A DNA stretch of 15,799 bases. Origin: Paraspadella gotoi (Eukaryota; Animalia; Chaetognatha). Of this stretch, positions 1 through 10,861 are shown one piece after another; position 1 is the stretch's first letter; each line of letters starts with the position of its first letter. The translations under genes were made by a program, and so were the position numbers. The stretch lies in contig JBJCIZ010000039.1 of the NCBI GenBank assembly GCA_051294375.1, forward strand, positions 24,278-40,076. Reading direction: 5' to 3'. Under the pieces are notes generated by a model, which was given only the letters and a program-made list of their open reading frames with translations, had not been told where the DNA came from and searched no databases.

Positions 1-111
1 GTCCCACTTTCGTCGGTCCCGCTGGGCCATTCTCGTCGTCGTCCCATTTTTTCGTCGTTCTCGTCGTCGTTGTCTCTCTCTTCGGCATCCAAGATAGCCG
101 CGGCTCGATGC
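1..111 (-). CDS. Acidic coding fragment (HRAAAILDAEERDNDDENDEK...), probably a later polB exon or the next element gene
   Basis: GAC/GAA-rich open frame in the same style as the acidic tracts of polB; cut by the N gap (112-500) and the window edge. Confidence 0.35.
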
Positions 112-649
112 NNNNNNNNNNNNNNNNNNNNNNNNNNNNNNNNNNNNNNNNNNNNNNNNNNNNNNNNNNNNNNNNNNNNNNNNNNNNNNNNNNNNNNNNN
201 NNNNNNNNNNNNNNNNNNNNNNNNNNNNNNNNNNNNNNNNNNNNNNNNNNNNNNNNNNNNNNNNNNNNNNNNNNNNNNNNNNNNNNNNNNNNNNNNNNNN
301 NNNNNNNNNNNNNNNNNNNNNNNNNNNNNNNNNNNNNNNNNNNNNNNNNNNNNNNNNNNNNNNNNNNNNNNNNNNNNNNNNNNNNNNNNNNNNNNNNNNN
401 NNNNNNNNNNNNNNNNNNNNNNNNNNNNNNNNNNNNNNNNNNNNNNNNNNNNNNNNNNNNNNNNNNNNNNNNNNNNNNNNNNNNNNNNNNNNNNNNNNNN
501 TCCTCCCCCCTCCTCGCCTCGAAAAATTTTTTTTTTGGGGGGGGAGGAGGAGGAGGGGGGGAAGGGGAGGGAAGAGAGGGGGATGATAGGCGGAGGGGAA
601 TTGGACGGCGAGTAAGGAGGCGGGGTAGATGAAGAAGAAGAAGGAGGAC

Positions 650-3600
650 TGAACCTTCCCTCGGTTATCGTTATTTCTTTTCTGACTTTTCCTCCTCCCA
701 GAAGTCCCTTGATTCTGCTCATCTCTCGGTCGTCTTCGTCGTCGTCCAAATGCCTCCAAGAGGACGAAAAAGAGGAGGAAGAGGACGGTCGCCACCTCCC
801 TTTCTCGATTATCTCGAGCGCCGGGGGGTGCCATCGAGAAATAGGGAGGAATTTCGGGGGGCGGAGTTCGCGATCGAGACCCGCCTCGGCCCCACGGGAC
901 CGTGGCTCCTCGCGTCGCTAACTCAAAGGGCCAAGTTCTCTGCCGGCCAGGACCGCCGCCGCGCCATCATAGTTTTCCAAAGCAATACGCATTTTCTTTG
1001 AGAGAAACGCACTTGTATAAAAAAATCCGCCCCGGATTCGTCTGCATGAGACGAAGATGAGAAATGACGAAGAAAATGAAAGAATGTATGAGTTGAAGTA
1101 ATGAGAGATGAAGGAGCAAGCGAGGATTCTCACCCTTTTAAAGCAACGAGTCTTTGTCCTAATTACGATCCCTCCACAATTCGTAATATAGTATTCTATT
1201 CCTTGTTTAATCCAACCAATACGGATGGGTTTCTTCGGGACTAATTTAAGTATATAATATATTTCATTAAATGATAATATATTAATCAATCTATAAATTT
1301 TACTAGTCTTTTAACGTAACCAAAATGAAACAGACATGTGGGCCCAATCGCGCCAAACAAAACGTAAGACCCGTCGACTCTCGTATCGGAAAGCCAAGAC
1401 GAACAGCTGAATCCCTTAATTAAATATTATTATTATTAAAAACGCATTATTATTTTTTCTTCTTAAGAATCAAATTTAAAATATCACGAGTCGTTTTGTT
1501 GGCAGCCTCATGCTCACGTCCGGTCCTCAGCTTTCGTTTAAAACACTCTTCTTAGATTCATCTTGAAAAGTCAATAATAATGTTAATAAAATTTCGAGTT
1601 TTCCAAGTATGCATTCCTTAATTCAATTAAGTTAATTAATGATGTTAATTAATTAAATTAAAATCATCTATTTTAAAATTCTAACCTCCGACCATGATTC
1701 GGTTTGTTCAAGCGCAAGCGTTTTTCTCGAATTTTAACAAGATCAAAGAATTCGGGAGAGGGTCTCGCAGACTGTGAAAATCGGCGCGATATCATCTGCC
1801 CGTCTGGCAATTTTTTGTCGCAGAATACAAAACGGATTTATGTGTTTTTCCCTCGTAACGTTTTCGATAGGTCTATGTATCAATATAAAAAAATGTTTGT
1901 AACTGAAATAATTATATATGATATTACTATAAATCAGTTTTACCTTGCCGTACAAACTGTTTACGATCGTCTTGTAATGATTCTTTATGGAATGGCGACT
2001 CGGGGCTCGCTTTCTTTTTCGCGTAAAGTAATCCGACAAAAGGGCTTGACGTGTACGTTTCTTATCGTAACGGTATACCGGCACGTTTATATTTTTCTAC
2101 CCACGTAACCCAGTTCTAACGCCAATTTTAAAACCATGTTACATTGATTAACGTAAATTTTCCTTTGCTTCCCACGCAAGTAATAACAATTTACAGGATA
2201 AGAGACGAGATACGAATCCGTACGTTTGCCCAGTCGTAATCGTCGAGGAGACAAGTTGGTTTTCTGTGGAGCGCGGTACCTCTTCTCGCCCGAGGGGGGG
2301 AGTAAACGCTCCAGCCAAATGGCATACTATGTATCGTTCCAAATGATCGCGCACTAAGGCAAATATAGCGTTCGGGACGACCTCGCGCAGCGCTGAGAAT
2401 GAGAAGTCGACAAGACGCGTTTCTAGCTAAGTAAAAATAGTAAAAAATGGCTCCATCGTCAGTGGTTTCACAATTCTCTGTTATATATATCGAACCACGA
2501 GACATTTGAGATTATATTCACTCATATTCGATTGTCTAATGAGCTTAATAATATATTAGTTTGTCCTTGGATCGGCTAAGGCATGAAGGACTTCGAAAAC
2601 GACCTGAAGTATAACACCCAATGTCACACAGTTCGCGATCTCACACGTAAGAGTGGTTACGAGAAATTCGAGACTGTAATTAACCTAGTAATATAGAATC
2701 AAATGAATAAAAAAAAACGCGGAAATATAGTAAGATTGAAATCGACATAGTGATGAATGTTATATAAAATTTAATAAAATTATATTATAGTAGAAATCGG
2801 GTTATATAACAAAGAGATTTCAGGTAATTACATCCTTTGAAACTTTATATTATTATATGCTCACCCTCAATTAGTTCCATGACGGACTCCTCTTGTCTCC
2901 TTCTCTATGCGCTAATTGTCGTCAAACCACATCCACGTTGCCTCAATTATTATACACGAATAGTGAGAAATCGACTCTTCTGATCACACCGGCTTCCAGT
3001 CTGGGCGAGTTGTCTTTTCTCTGCATCGTCCACGGCGTTCTCTGCGCTCCGTTGCTCCCATACTATAACTAAGGGCGCTTAAGATCTCACACTCTTCCGC
3101 CCAGAAATTAGACGCTTTATCACGTCCGTACGTAGAACAACACTACGTCATAACGCTGCGTCGACATTGAACTCATTAGTGTTCACGAAGGTGAATTTGA
3201 GTGGTTTAATTCGGTTCCGGCTTAACAGAGCACCGAAAATAAGGGAATATTCCTACCTATTTGAATAAGAGACAAAAAAATAAATTGAAGAGAGACACTA
3301 TATAGTACTTGCGAGAACATCGAGAGAGGAGGAGTATCACGGCGATCGCAGTCCTGTAAATTATCTCTCGCTCTCGCTAGTTAATAGCTGGGGTGCTTGC
3401 GTTATTGAAAAAAGCGCCCGAATGATATGCAATTGTTCTCAGCGGAGTAACCTATCTCCGAGTTGAATATGACGTGTCAAAACTACGGTTCTCTATAAGG
3501 TTTAAGTATCTTTTCCTATGTATCATTATTACACTTAATCTTGATAAAAAATAATAACACTAGTATTATTACCATCTAGATGCAATTAGGTTAGCTCAAT

Positions 3601-3881
3601 TGTACAACACATGTGCGGCCGCAAACTGGTCATAAATGCACCCAAAGACGGTGATGAGAATACAGTCTTCTTGGCGAATAACTGTTTACTTTCCTTTCCG
3701 TACTTACATAAAATTTTCCCCCAATTGTGAGCATTGATGTTCGTCCGTGATTAATACTGCGATCGCACGAAGGTGAGAGGGAAGTCCGGTGAATGGTCTG
3801 TGCATCGCGCAAGACGGGTCCACGAAAATGCCGAATATGGCATTTTTATTTGTTTGTAAATTTCCATGAAATTTGTCCTTA
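650..3881 (-). CDS. polB: 3' (catalytic) half of the same pPolB, copy A; indel-riddled and multi-exon
   Basis: Fragments in expected order: KMPYSAF (about 3830), motif A HYVDFN..FP (2720-2752), LKLALELGYV (about 2100-2130), motif B KTIVNSLYGK (1944-1973) followed by a gtaaaa donor, IENV, RLNKP.MVG (about 1690-1715), a degenerate motif C region (about 1480-1510) and thumb-like SRIKGLLGGGKVRKEIT (about 670-720). Intron 1042-1133 (gtgaga...gcag). Confidence 0.8.
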
Positions 3882-6120
3882 NNNNNNNNNNNNNNNNNNN
3901 NNNNNNCATTATACTCTCGAGTAGCCATCGACCTCAGGCGATCGCTAATTCTATCTCGAGTGGGCGCGCAGGCAGGTGCCTACAGAAAAAATTACGGGAA
4001 GAGGAATCTTCGCAGGAGAGGCGGAAAGTACGCGCATGCGACCGCCCTGCGGCCCAACGGGACCGTGGTCCTCGCGTCGCTAACTCAAAGGGCCAAGTCT
4101 TCTGCCGGCCGGACCGCCGCCGCCAGCCGTATAGTTTTCACAAAAATAGCATTTCCGTTGAGAGAAACGCCACTTGTATAAAAATCCGCCACCGACGTGA
4201 TTGGCGAGAATGAGGGATGACGTGATGGATGAAGAAAGTAATGAGAATGAAGAGAGAATAGAAGAAAGTGAGAAAGGTCGGAGAAGCGGGATGTCCACCT
4301 TTTAAAGCAACCGAGCTTCTGATCTCTAATTACGATCCCTCACACATTCGTAATATAGTATTCTATCCTTGTTTAATCCAACCAATACGGATGGGTTTCT
4401 TCGGGACAATTTAAGTAATATATATATATTCATTAATGATCAATATATTTAAATCAACTATTAATTTACTAAGCTCTTTAACGTCCAAAATGAACAACAG
4501 AAGTGGGCCCAATCGCGCCAACCAAAACGAAGCCCAGTCGACTCTCGTATTCGGAAAGCCAAGACGAACAGCTAATCCTAATTAATATTATTATTATTAA
4601 AACGATTATTTATTTTTTCTTCTTAAGAATCAAAATTTAAAATATCACCGGTCAGTTTTGTTGGGCAGCCTCATGCTCACGTCCGGTCCTAGCTTCGTTT
4701 AAAACACTCTTCTTTAGATTCTCATTGAAAGTAATAATAATGCTTAATATAAATTTCGAGTTTCTCCAAGTATGCATCCTTATTAATCTAGATTAATTAA
4801 TGAGTTAATTAATCTAATTATAATAATCTCTATTTTAAAAATTCTAACCTCCGCACCATGATTCGGTTTGTTCAAGCGCAAGCGGTTTTTCTCGAATTTT
4901 AAAACAAGATCAAAGAATCGCGGAGAGGTCTCGCAGAACTGTGAAAAATGTGCGCCGTATCACGCCCGTTCTGCATTTTTTGTCGCAAATACAAAACGGG
5001 ATTACTGTGTTTTCCCTCGCTAACGGTTTTCGATGGTCTATGTATCAATATAAAAAATGTTTCGTAACTGAAATAATTATATATGCATATTACTAAACAG
5101 TTTTACCTTGCCGTACAAACTGTTTACGATCGTGCTTGTATATGATTCTTTTAGGAATGGCGACTCTGGGCCCGTTTCTTTTTCACGTAAAGTAATCGAC
5201 AAAAGGGCTTGACGGTACGTTTCTTATCGTAACGGTATATCCGCACGTTTATAATGTTTTTCTACCCACTAACCCAGTTCTAACGCCCAATTTTAAAACC
5301 ATTAATTGATTAACGTAATTTTCCTTGCTTCCCACCAAGTAATACAATTGACAGGATAAGAGCACGAGTTACGAATCCAGTAACGGTTTGCCCAGTCGTA
5401 TCGTCGAGGAAGACAGTTGGTTTTCGTTGGGCGCGAGTCCTCATTCTCGCCCGAGGGGGGGTACGCTCCAAGCTCAGACGTTGCAAATATGATCCTGGGC
5501 AAATAATATGTTGCAGCCATCTAGCTATGAAGCCCACTAGTTCGCCTCCGTAGGGTCCCAATCCTGAGCGTGTACACGACCGTTCTTTCGTCATGGCCCA
5601 ATAATATCGGCTAGCTAGAATACTCGGATTGGTGAAAAAACCCTTCCTTCGGCAGATGGGGTACGCATCGCTTTTACTATCAATATTAAAAAAAAAAAAA
5701 CGCCGGAAATAAGTGTTCCCATGTTGTTATTAGATTACTATATCTTATACTTAAACATAAGAGATTTGCGTAAAATCTTGATAACTTAATGCGTACCTGC
5801 CCTTTCGTCCTCGTAGTCGAAACCCACATTCGCGTCATTGTTCAGCCACGGCGTTACGCGCTCGGAAACACGGGCGCATGGATAATGTCGCCGGCGCATC
5901 GAAATTCACCTTGACGCTCAAGGTATGCGTAGTCAAGAGAATATTTGATATCCAGGGAGGATCCGGCGCTTCGGGCGATCGCGAGCGAAGAATCAGGGAC
6001 CGGAAGATAATAATGAGATTGTCACATCTGGAGGGTTAGAGTCCATTACCTCGTATCAACACATGAATGCGGTCGCAGCACCGAAGAATCCTCTCATTGG
6101 GTATTCTCATTTTGACCCTT
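800..6120 (+). repeat. Imperfect direct duplication: about 800-3881 versus about 3945-6120, either side of a 25-N gap (3882-3906)
   Basis: Shared blocks include cctcgcgtcgctaactcaaagggccaagt, ccaaccaatacggatgggtttcttcgggac and ccatgattcggtttgttcaagcgcaagcg. Differences are mostly indels. Confidence 0.9.
3907..6120 (-). pseudogene. polB: Second, error-rich copy (copy B) of the pPolB 3' half; probably an assembly duplicate
   Basis: About 4060-5470 aligns by eye to about 890-2315 with mostly 1-nt indels. Contains VNSLYGK plus donor at about 5107-5130 and an AMRTP...EGF-like segment at about 5640-5672. Confidence 0.75.
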
Positions 6121-9100
6121 AGCCTCTCCATAGGTTTCCGCGATATATTCCTATACCGGTTTGAAAAGTTCTTTCAAAGTTTTAAATTTGGCGCATTCTA
6201 CGCAAGGGGCCGTGACCACTGGTTCCCGACAACAAACGCCCCCCCTTTTTTCTCTCGATTCCGTAGTCAAATTATCGATCAGAGCCGCGAGGGAGGAAGA
6301 CTGAAACCTTGAGAGGAGAGAGATAACTAACTTAATTTAGTTTTATACTATTTATTTATTAATTTAATAAAACACCTGTAAGTACATTTCACTCTGATTA
6401 GACTAATTTTGGAACATTGACAGGTCAATCCCTCATCTTCCTCTCGATCTCTGACGATCCATTCGGAGAGATCTCCAACTTGCTCGTCCACCTCGTTGGA
6501 CCGGAAAAAGTAATCGTGATCCTTGTTCGCTACGAATTCGAATTCGTCTACGTCGTCGTCGAACTGTTCCTCATCGTCGTCATTATCATCGTCGTCGTCG
6601 TCGTCGTCGTACTCTTTCTCGGCCTTTGTTTTGCAAAAATCGCAGTTAAACCTTGAGAGAGAGGGGGGAGGGGGAAAGATAAGGGGTCGTCGAAACGCGC
6701 CATCGTGCGGAGGAGGAAAAAAAAATCACCTTATGTCGAAGGAGATAAATTTCTTCATCGAAGATTCCGTCAGAATATTGGTGACGGACTTGACGTTAAA
6801 GTCGCTGTTACGATCTTTCAAACCGTGAAAGATTGCTGCGGCGTCGAAATTCATGTTATGAAACAGGAGCAACACTTGCGATCTTACGGTATATTTCGCG
6901 TTGCAAGATCTTTTAATAAGAAGGAAAAAAGAAAAAAGGGACTTGGTGTTTTTTTTGTTTTTTCAAAAGTGAATTTCACTCGCTCGCTAACCTGCACATG
7001 GTTGCCGCTTATAATTCCCAGTACGCCAACAATGATCCAGCACGCGATGGTGGTACTCTCGTCGTTGAGAACCTCGTGACAACAGTCGCAATGAGTGGCT
7101 TCGGTGTGCCTCTTCAACTCTTCGTCGGTCAAAATTGGGGATCCGGAAATAAATGGAGCAGACCGTACAAAAGCTTAGCGTCGTCTCTCAAGGAGGCGAT
7201 GAATAGCTTGGCGCAATTCGGACCGATAAAAGATCTCGGAAGAAAATGGTCTTCGGAGAACTCGCTGTGAACTTTGTAGCAATACGAAAGCGGACATATC
7301 TCGCTGGTAAATTCCAAGGACCGCGCGATTCTCCAACACGGTTTCAAAGCGGTGCAAACTTGACAATTTGTCACGTGTTCAAGATGTAAGTCAGTCTTGA
7401 CCCAAGATAAATGGGATCATCTTCTTCGGTCAAAGGTTGTTGACATCCGGGACGCCGTTCGACCTCTGGCGCCGCTTTGGCATAGGTCTCAAAATCCGCG
7501 TATATCACGTACGGGTGTCGTAACGAGTAATGATGATGTTTAAACTTCATCACGGACCCGGGTTGAGGATATTTGACCACCTGCGTTTGTCGAAGAACGC
7601 AAATTCGAAAATGGACAAAGAAGGTATACTCTCGACTCGTGGAGTAAAGACATCTGAAGGATAGGGGTGTGGGGGAGAGGGTTAAGTGAGAAAGAAGAAA
7701 AAGAGAAGGAAAAGAATAAAAGACACTTGCCTAGGACAAACGTGTTTTGTTCTTTTGTAAGATGAACCTTGTTTTCCGAGAAGACGAGACATAGAGTTAA
7801 TAGTACAAAAGTGGGATGACTTTTTGTTGTATAATTTTAACAAATTTACAACCTTAACGTTCGAATTCAAAGTTCCGTTTCGGTCCGATACGTAAAGGGG
7901 AAAAAAGAATGCTCTTATCTTTCCCCTATCGTTCATCTTGCGCACGTAAGAGTACGCGTTTATCGCGAGCGAGGGGTTCAGGGCTTCGATCTTTTTTAGA
8001 TCCGATATCGAAACGGGGCAACTCTTCGAGAGGTCGCCAAAATTAATCTCTCGCGAGTGCTTGAGATATTTACCCGGCCTCGATTTGGAATCGACTATCT
8101 TCGGATGAAGCCCCGCTAATAGCGAAATCAGTAAACAGTTCTGTTCTCTCGATCTCACGTTCGTAACTGCTTTTTTCCGATTAATGAAATCGGGAGTCTT
8201 AATGAACGAGCCGATGACTTTTTTGGACCGCAGATTGTAAAAGAAAGATGGAAGAATGCGGATAAAAGTCAAATCCGCCTGGCTCACGTTTTGAAATATA
8301 AGAAAGCTTCCTGATAATAAAAAAAAGAGAGAAAATGTAAAATAAAAATATTCGCCAGTAAGTAACCAAAAATGAAAAAGAGAGAAAAAATACCTGATTC
8401 CAATTTGTTTTCAATTTGCAAGGAAAACAGGCCCATGATATGGTCCAAAACCCCATCCAAATCCGTCCCCAGATTGATGAGCTCCGATTTGTGGTCGTAA
8501 TAAAATTGCACGGTTTCATCGTGATCCGGACGAAGGTAGGTGACCAAGATGCAAACGTGAATTTTTACAACCGGAACCCGCTTCAACGATCCCTTGATGA
8601 ATTTTTTTAATTGTTTCTGCAGACGAGAGAGCGCCGTTCTGTAGTCGGCCAGCTCCAAGGTTGGCACGAGTCTGACCGTTTTAACGACATTATGATATTT
8701 GCGGCATCCCCCTGGACTGACGCGATACATGTCCCCATCACCCGCGGAATCGTCATTCTCTTCTTTTTCTTCTTCCTCCGTCAACGCTATCTTTTCCTTG
8801 GTGATCGACTTTGGAACAAAATCGATGACAGAGGGTCGACCCGGTTTGACGCCAACGATCTTGACGTCATCGTCGTCGTCGTCATCATCGTCCGCGACGA
8901 GGGGAGCCTTTTTTCCCGGCGAGTCATCATCGTCCTCTCTTTTCCTTTTCTTTTTCACTCTACCTCCTCCGACCTGAGGTCCTTGTTCCTCCAAAAAAGA
9001 TCGACTGCAACAGGGAAGTTGATCGTCGTCGACAGGAGGAGGGGCGGGAGTGAGGAGAGATGAAGAGAGTCTGTCGGCGCCATCGTCCGTCGTCGTTGTT

Positions 9101-9270
9101 GTTGTTGGCTGCTGCTCCTCCTCCAACAACTTCAAACAGTTTCCCGGCTCGCGAACGAAAGGAATGGGCGAGTAGTCGGGAGAGGAGGAGTCGTAGAACA
9201 AGGAAAGTTCGCTTTCGGTATCTCCGTTACTCGATTCGTCTAACTCTTTGTCATCGTCAAAAGAAGCCAT
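6120..9270 (-). CDS. polB: Protein-primed family B DNA polymerase (Polinton/adintovirus type), 5' exons 9270-8394, 8310-7731, 7653-6992, 6909-6730, 6651-6376, 6307-about 6120; carries frameshifts and a stop as assembled
   Basis: Spliced translation gives ESGSFLIFQNV, GSFIKTPDFINRKKAVTNVRSREQNCLLISLLAGLHP, SHFCTINSMSRLL, CPRCLY-x10-HFRIC, PYVIYADFE (ExoI), SFIGPNCAKLF, ATHCDCC, RVLDHCWRTGNY, CRSCNAKY, LFHNMNFD (ExoII), KFISF and RFQSSSLAALIDNL, in the order typical of Polinton polB. All five introns (68-83 nt) restore the reading frame. Frameshifts near 7400, 7138, 7050 and 7010; in-frame TAG at 6153-6151. Confidence 0.92.
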
Positions 9271-9448
9271 CTGTTTGATTTTAAAAATATTTATTTACAA
9301 TTTTTTCAACAAGTCAAACATCATTTCGCCGTTTAAACAAATTTTATCCGAGTCCATTTCATTAGCGCTCTAAATTATTCTCTAAATGATATTTATAATA
9401 GTCATAAAATTTAGTCAAATTATTTTATTACAGTCGTATAACGATTCT

Positions 9449-9961
9449 CTAATTATGGGTAAAATATAGGCTACATGAGGATATAATATTTTTATTACTA
9501 GACAATTTCTTACTACTAGTAATAATTAATTTTTCAAAAACTTTGATGAGTTGTAGGATTTCATTGTAAGCTAAATCAGTTTCGGAAAATGCCAAAAAGC
9601 AACAGTTTTCAAAGTGTTTAATAAAATGTACATTATCGGGGTCCTGGTGAGATTCCCGTCGGCATTCCTCGACTTGACGAAGGATGAATGGGACTTGTGG
9701 TTCGATTTTGACAAACGTGACTGGAGACGTTCGAAAGAGATCAAATTCCTCCTTGAGGACAGTCAGGTGGTTCATGAGTTGACCCTCGCGCGCCGCCAAT
9801 CTCTCCGAGGAACAGTAGTTTGATTTGGAAACGGCGGAAGGACGGACAACGTCGGTGAAGTATATACACAACGAGTGATATAAACAGTTAATGTAGAAGC
9901 ATAGCTTTTGCAAAGTTCGACAGGATTCAAAAAAATTATTTATTTCCATTGAAAAACCCAT
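9449..9961 (-). CDS. Hypothetical protein, about 170 aa; possibly extended 3' through a short intron (gtaaga...catgtag, about 9470-9512)
   Basis: ATG in an aaaaATG context, 19 nt downstream of the upstream gene's stop; open 513-nt frame; no recognisable domain. Confidence 0.65.
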   Translation of the reverse strand: MGFSMEINNFFESCRTLQKLCFYINCLYHSLCIYFTDVVRPSAVSKSNYCSSERLAAREGQLMNHLTVLKEEFDLFRTSPVTFVKIEPQVPFILRQVEECRRESHQDPDNVHFIKHFENCCFLAFSETDLAYNEILQLIKVFEKLIITSSKKLSSNKNIISSCSLYFTHN

Positions 9962-9980
9962 TTTTCTTTAAAAAATAAAA

Positions 9981-10763
9981 TTAAATAATCATACGATTGT
10001 TTACTAAATTTTCATAGGTTGATTTAAGAAATATGGCGCATCTATGATTGCAAGAACATTGCGGCGGACTACAAGATTCGACGGCGATGTTCATTTGTAC
10101 ATCAGAGTCTCCTAACACCTTTTCTACGCATTGTCGCCATCTGTCAAAATTTTCCCCTAAATTTTCTACGTTAAATTTATGGAAAAATGACCGGTAACTT
10201 AATAAATTGATCAGAAAATCTTCCCCTTCTTCCCAATTGCTAAACTCTATACATTTTAAAATTTTATAACATATTGTATATGTTTCAAAAATATCTCGCA
10301 AAGAATGTAAATATTGTCCTATTTCACAAATTAAATTACGAATTCCATTCTTACTGTGCTGATTACCTTCGACGTGTAAATATTCGATCGAAAAAGACAT
10401 AAATTTTAAAGGATTTAGTACTAATTTTTGAAAGAAGGAAAAGTTAGTTTTTAGCTGGGCGATGTCCGGATTTGGAAGCTCGTGGTCAAAAAGAAAAAGT
10501 TTTTGTCTGTATACGCTCAAGTCCGGATCGTTCTCGTCATCTACCGCGGAAGCTATTTCTTCCCGACTCGCGTGAAACCTTGAGACAATGATGGAGATGG
10601 TGTGGTCCACCACTCGGTATTCGCGATGAAACAGATGGTGAGTTTCCATCAAGACTCGAAGCATGAACGTCAGCTTCTGCAAAAAACTTGATCGATGGGC
10701 CACGTCAACCACCGTTGGAATGGGATCTACCGCAAATTGTTCCATCTCCATCATCTCCGCCAT
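9981..10763 (-). CDS. Hypothetical protein, about 260 aa (start at MAEMMEME), with a C-terminal Cys/His cluster CSPPQCSCNHRC
   Basis: 783-nt open frame, ATG in an atcATGG context, co-oriented and tightly packed with its neighbours. Confidence 0.75.
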   Translation of the reverse strand: MAEMMEMEQFAVDPIPTVVDVAHRSSFLQKLTFMLRVLMETHHLFHREYRVVDHTISIIVSRFHASREEIASAVDDENDPDLSVYRQKLFLFDHELPNPDIAQLKTNFSFFQKLVLNPLKFMSFSIEYLHVEGNQHSKNGIRNLICEIGQYLHSLRDIFETYTICYKILKCIEFSNWEEGEDFLINLLSYRSFFHKFNVENLGENFDRWRQCVEKVLGDSDVQMNIAVESCSPPQCSCNHRCAIFLKSTYENLVNNRMII

Positions 10764-10793
10764 GATTATCTTTTTCTCAAAAAACACAATTTA

Positions 10794-10843
10794 TACGGAA
10801 AGATTAAACCACAAATTTCTACGGAAAGATTAAACCACAAATT
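10794..10843. repeat. Two exact copies of tacggaaagattaaaccacaaatt (24 nt, period 26) in a short intergenic spacer
   Basis: Copies at 10794-10817 and 10820-10843, about 30 nt upstream of the ATG at 10763. Confidence 0.9.
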
Positions 10844-10861
10844 AAAAAATTAAAGATTTCT

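Noticed and set aside
70-1001. Plus-strand ORFs 70-615, 108-632, 709-921 and 750-1001
   Set aside because: Two run through Ns; the others are antisense shadows of low-complexity minus-strand sequence.
960-1190. GRF-type zinc finger suggested by spliced TNPGRIFLYKC...C..W
   Set aside because: Copy B reads differently, and the segment lies collinearly between polB motif C and the thumb region, so it is better explained as noisy polB.
7129-7140. Programmed -1 ribosomal frameshift in polB
   Set aside because: No canonical X XXY YYZ slippery heptamer in the right frame, and several nearby indels point to error or decay.
6067-9278. Plus-strand hydrophobic or Ser-rich ORFs (e.g. 6417-6656, 6523-6828, 8611-9063)
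   Set aside because: Antisense readings of GAC/GAA-rich polB exons; the poly-Val and poly-Ser runs mirror poly-Asp.
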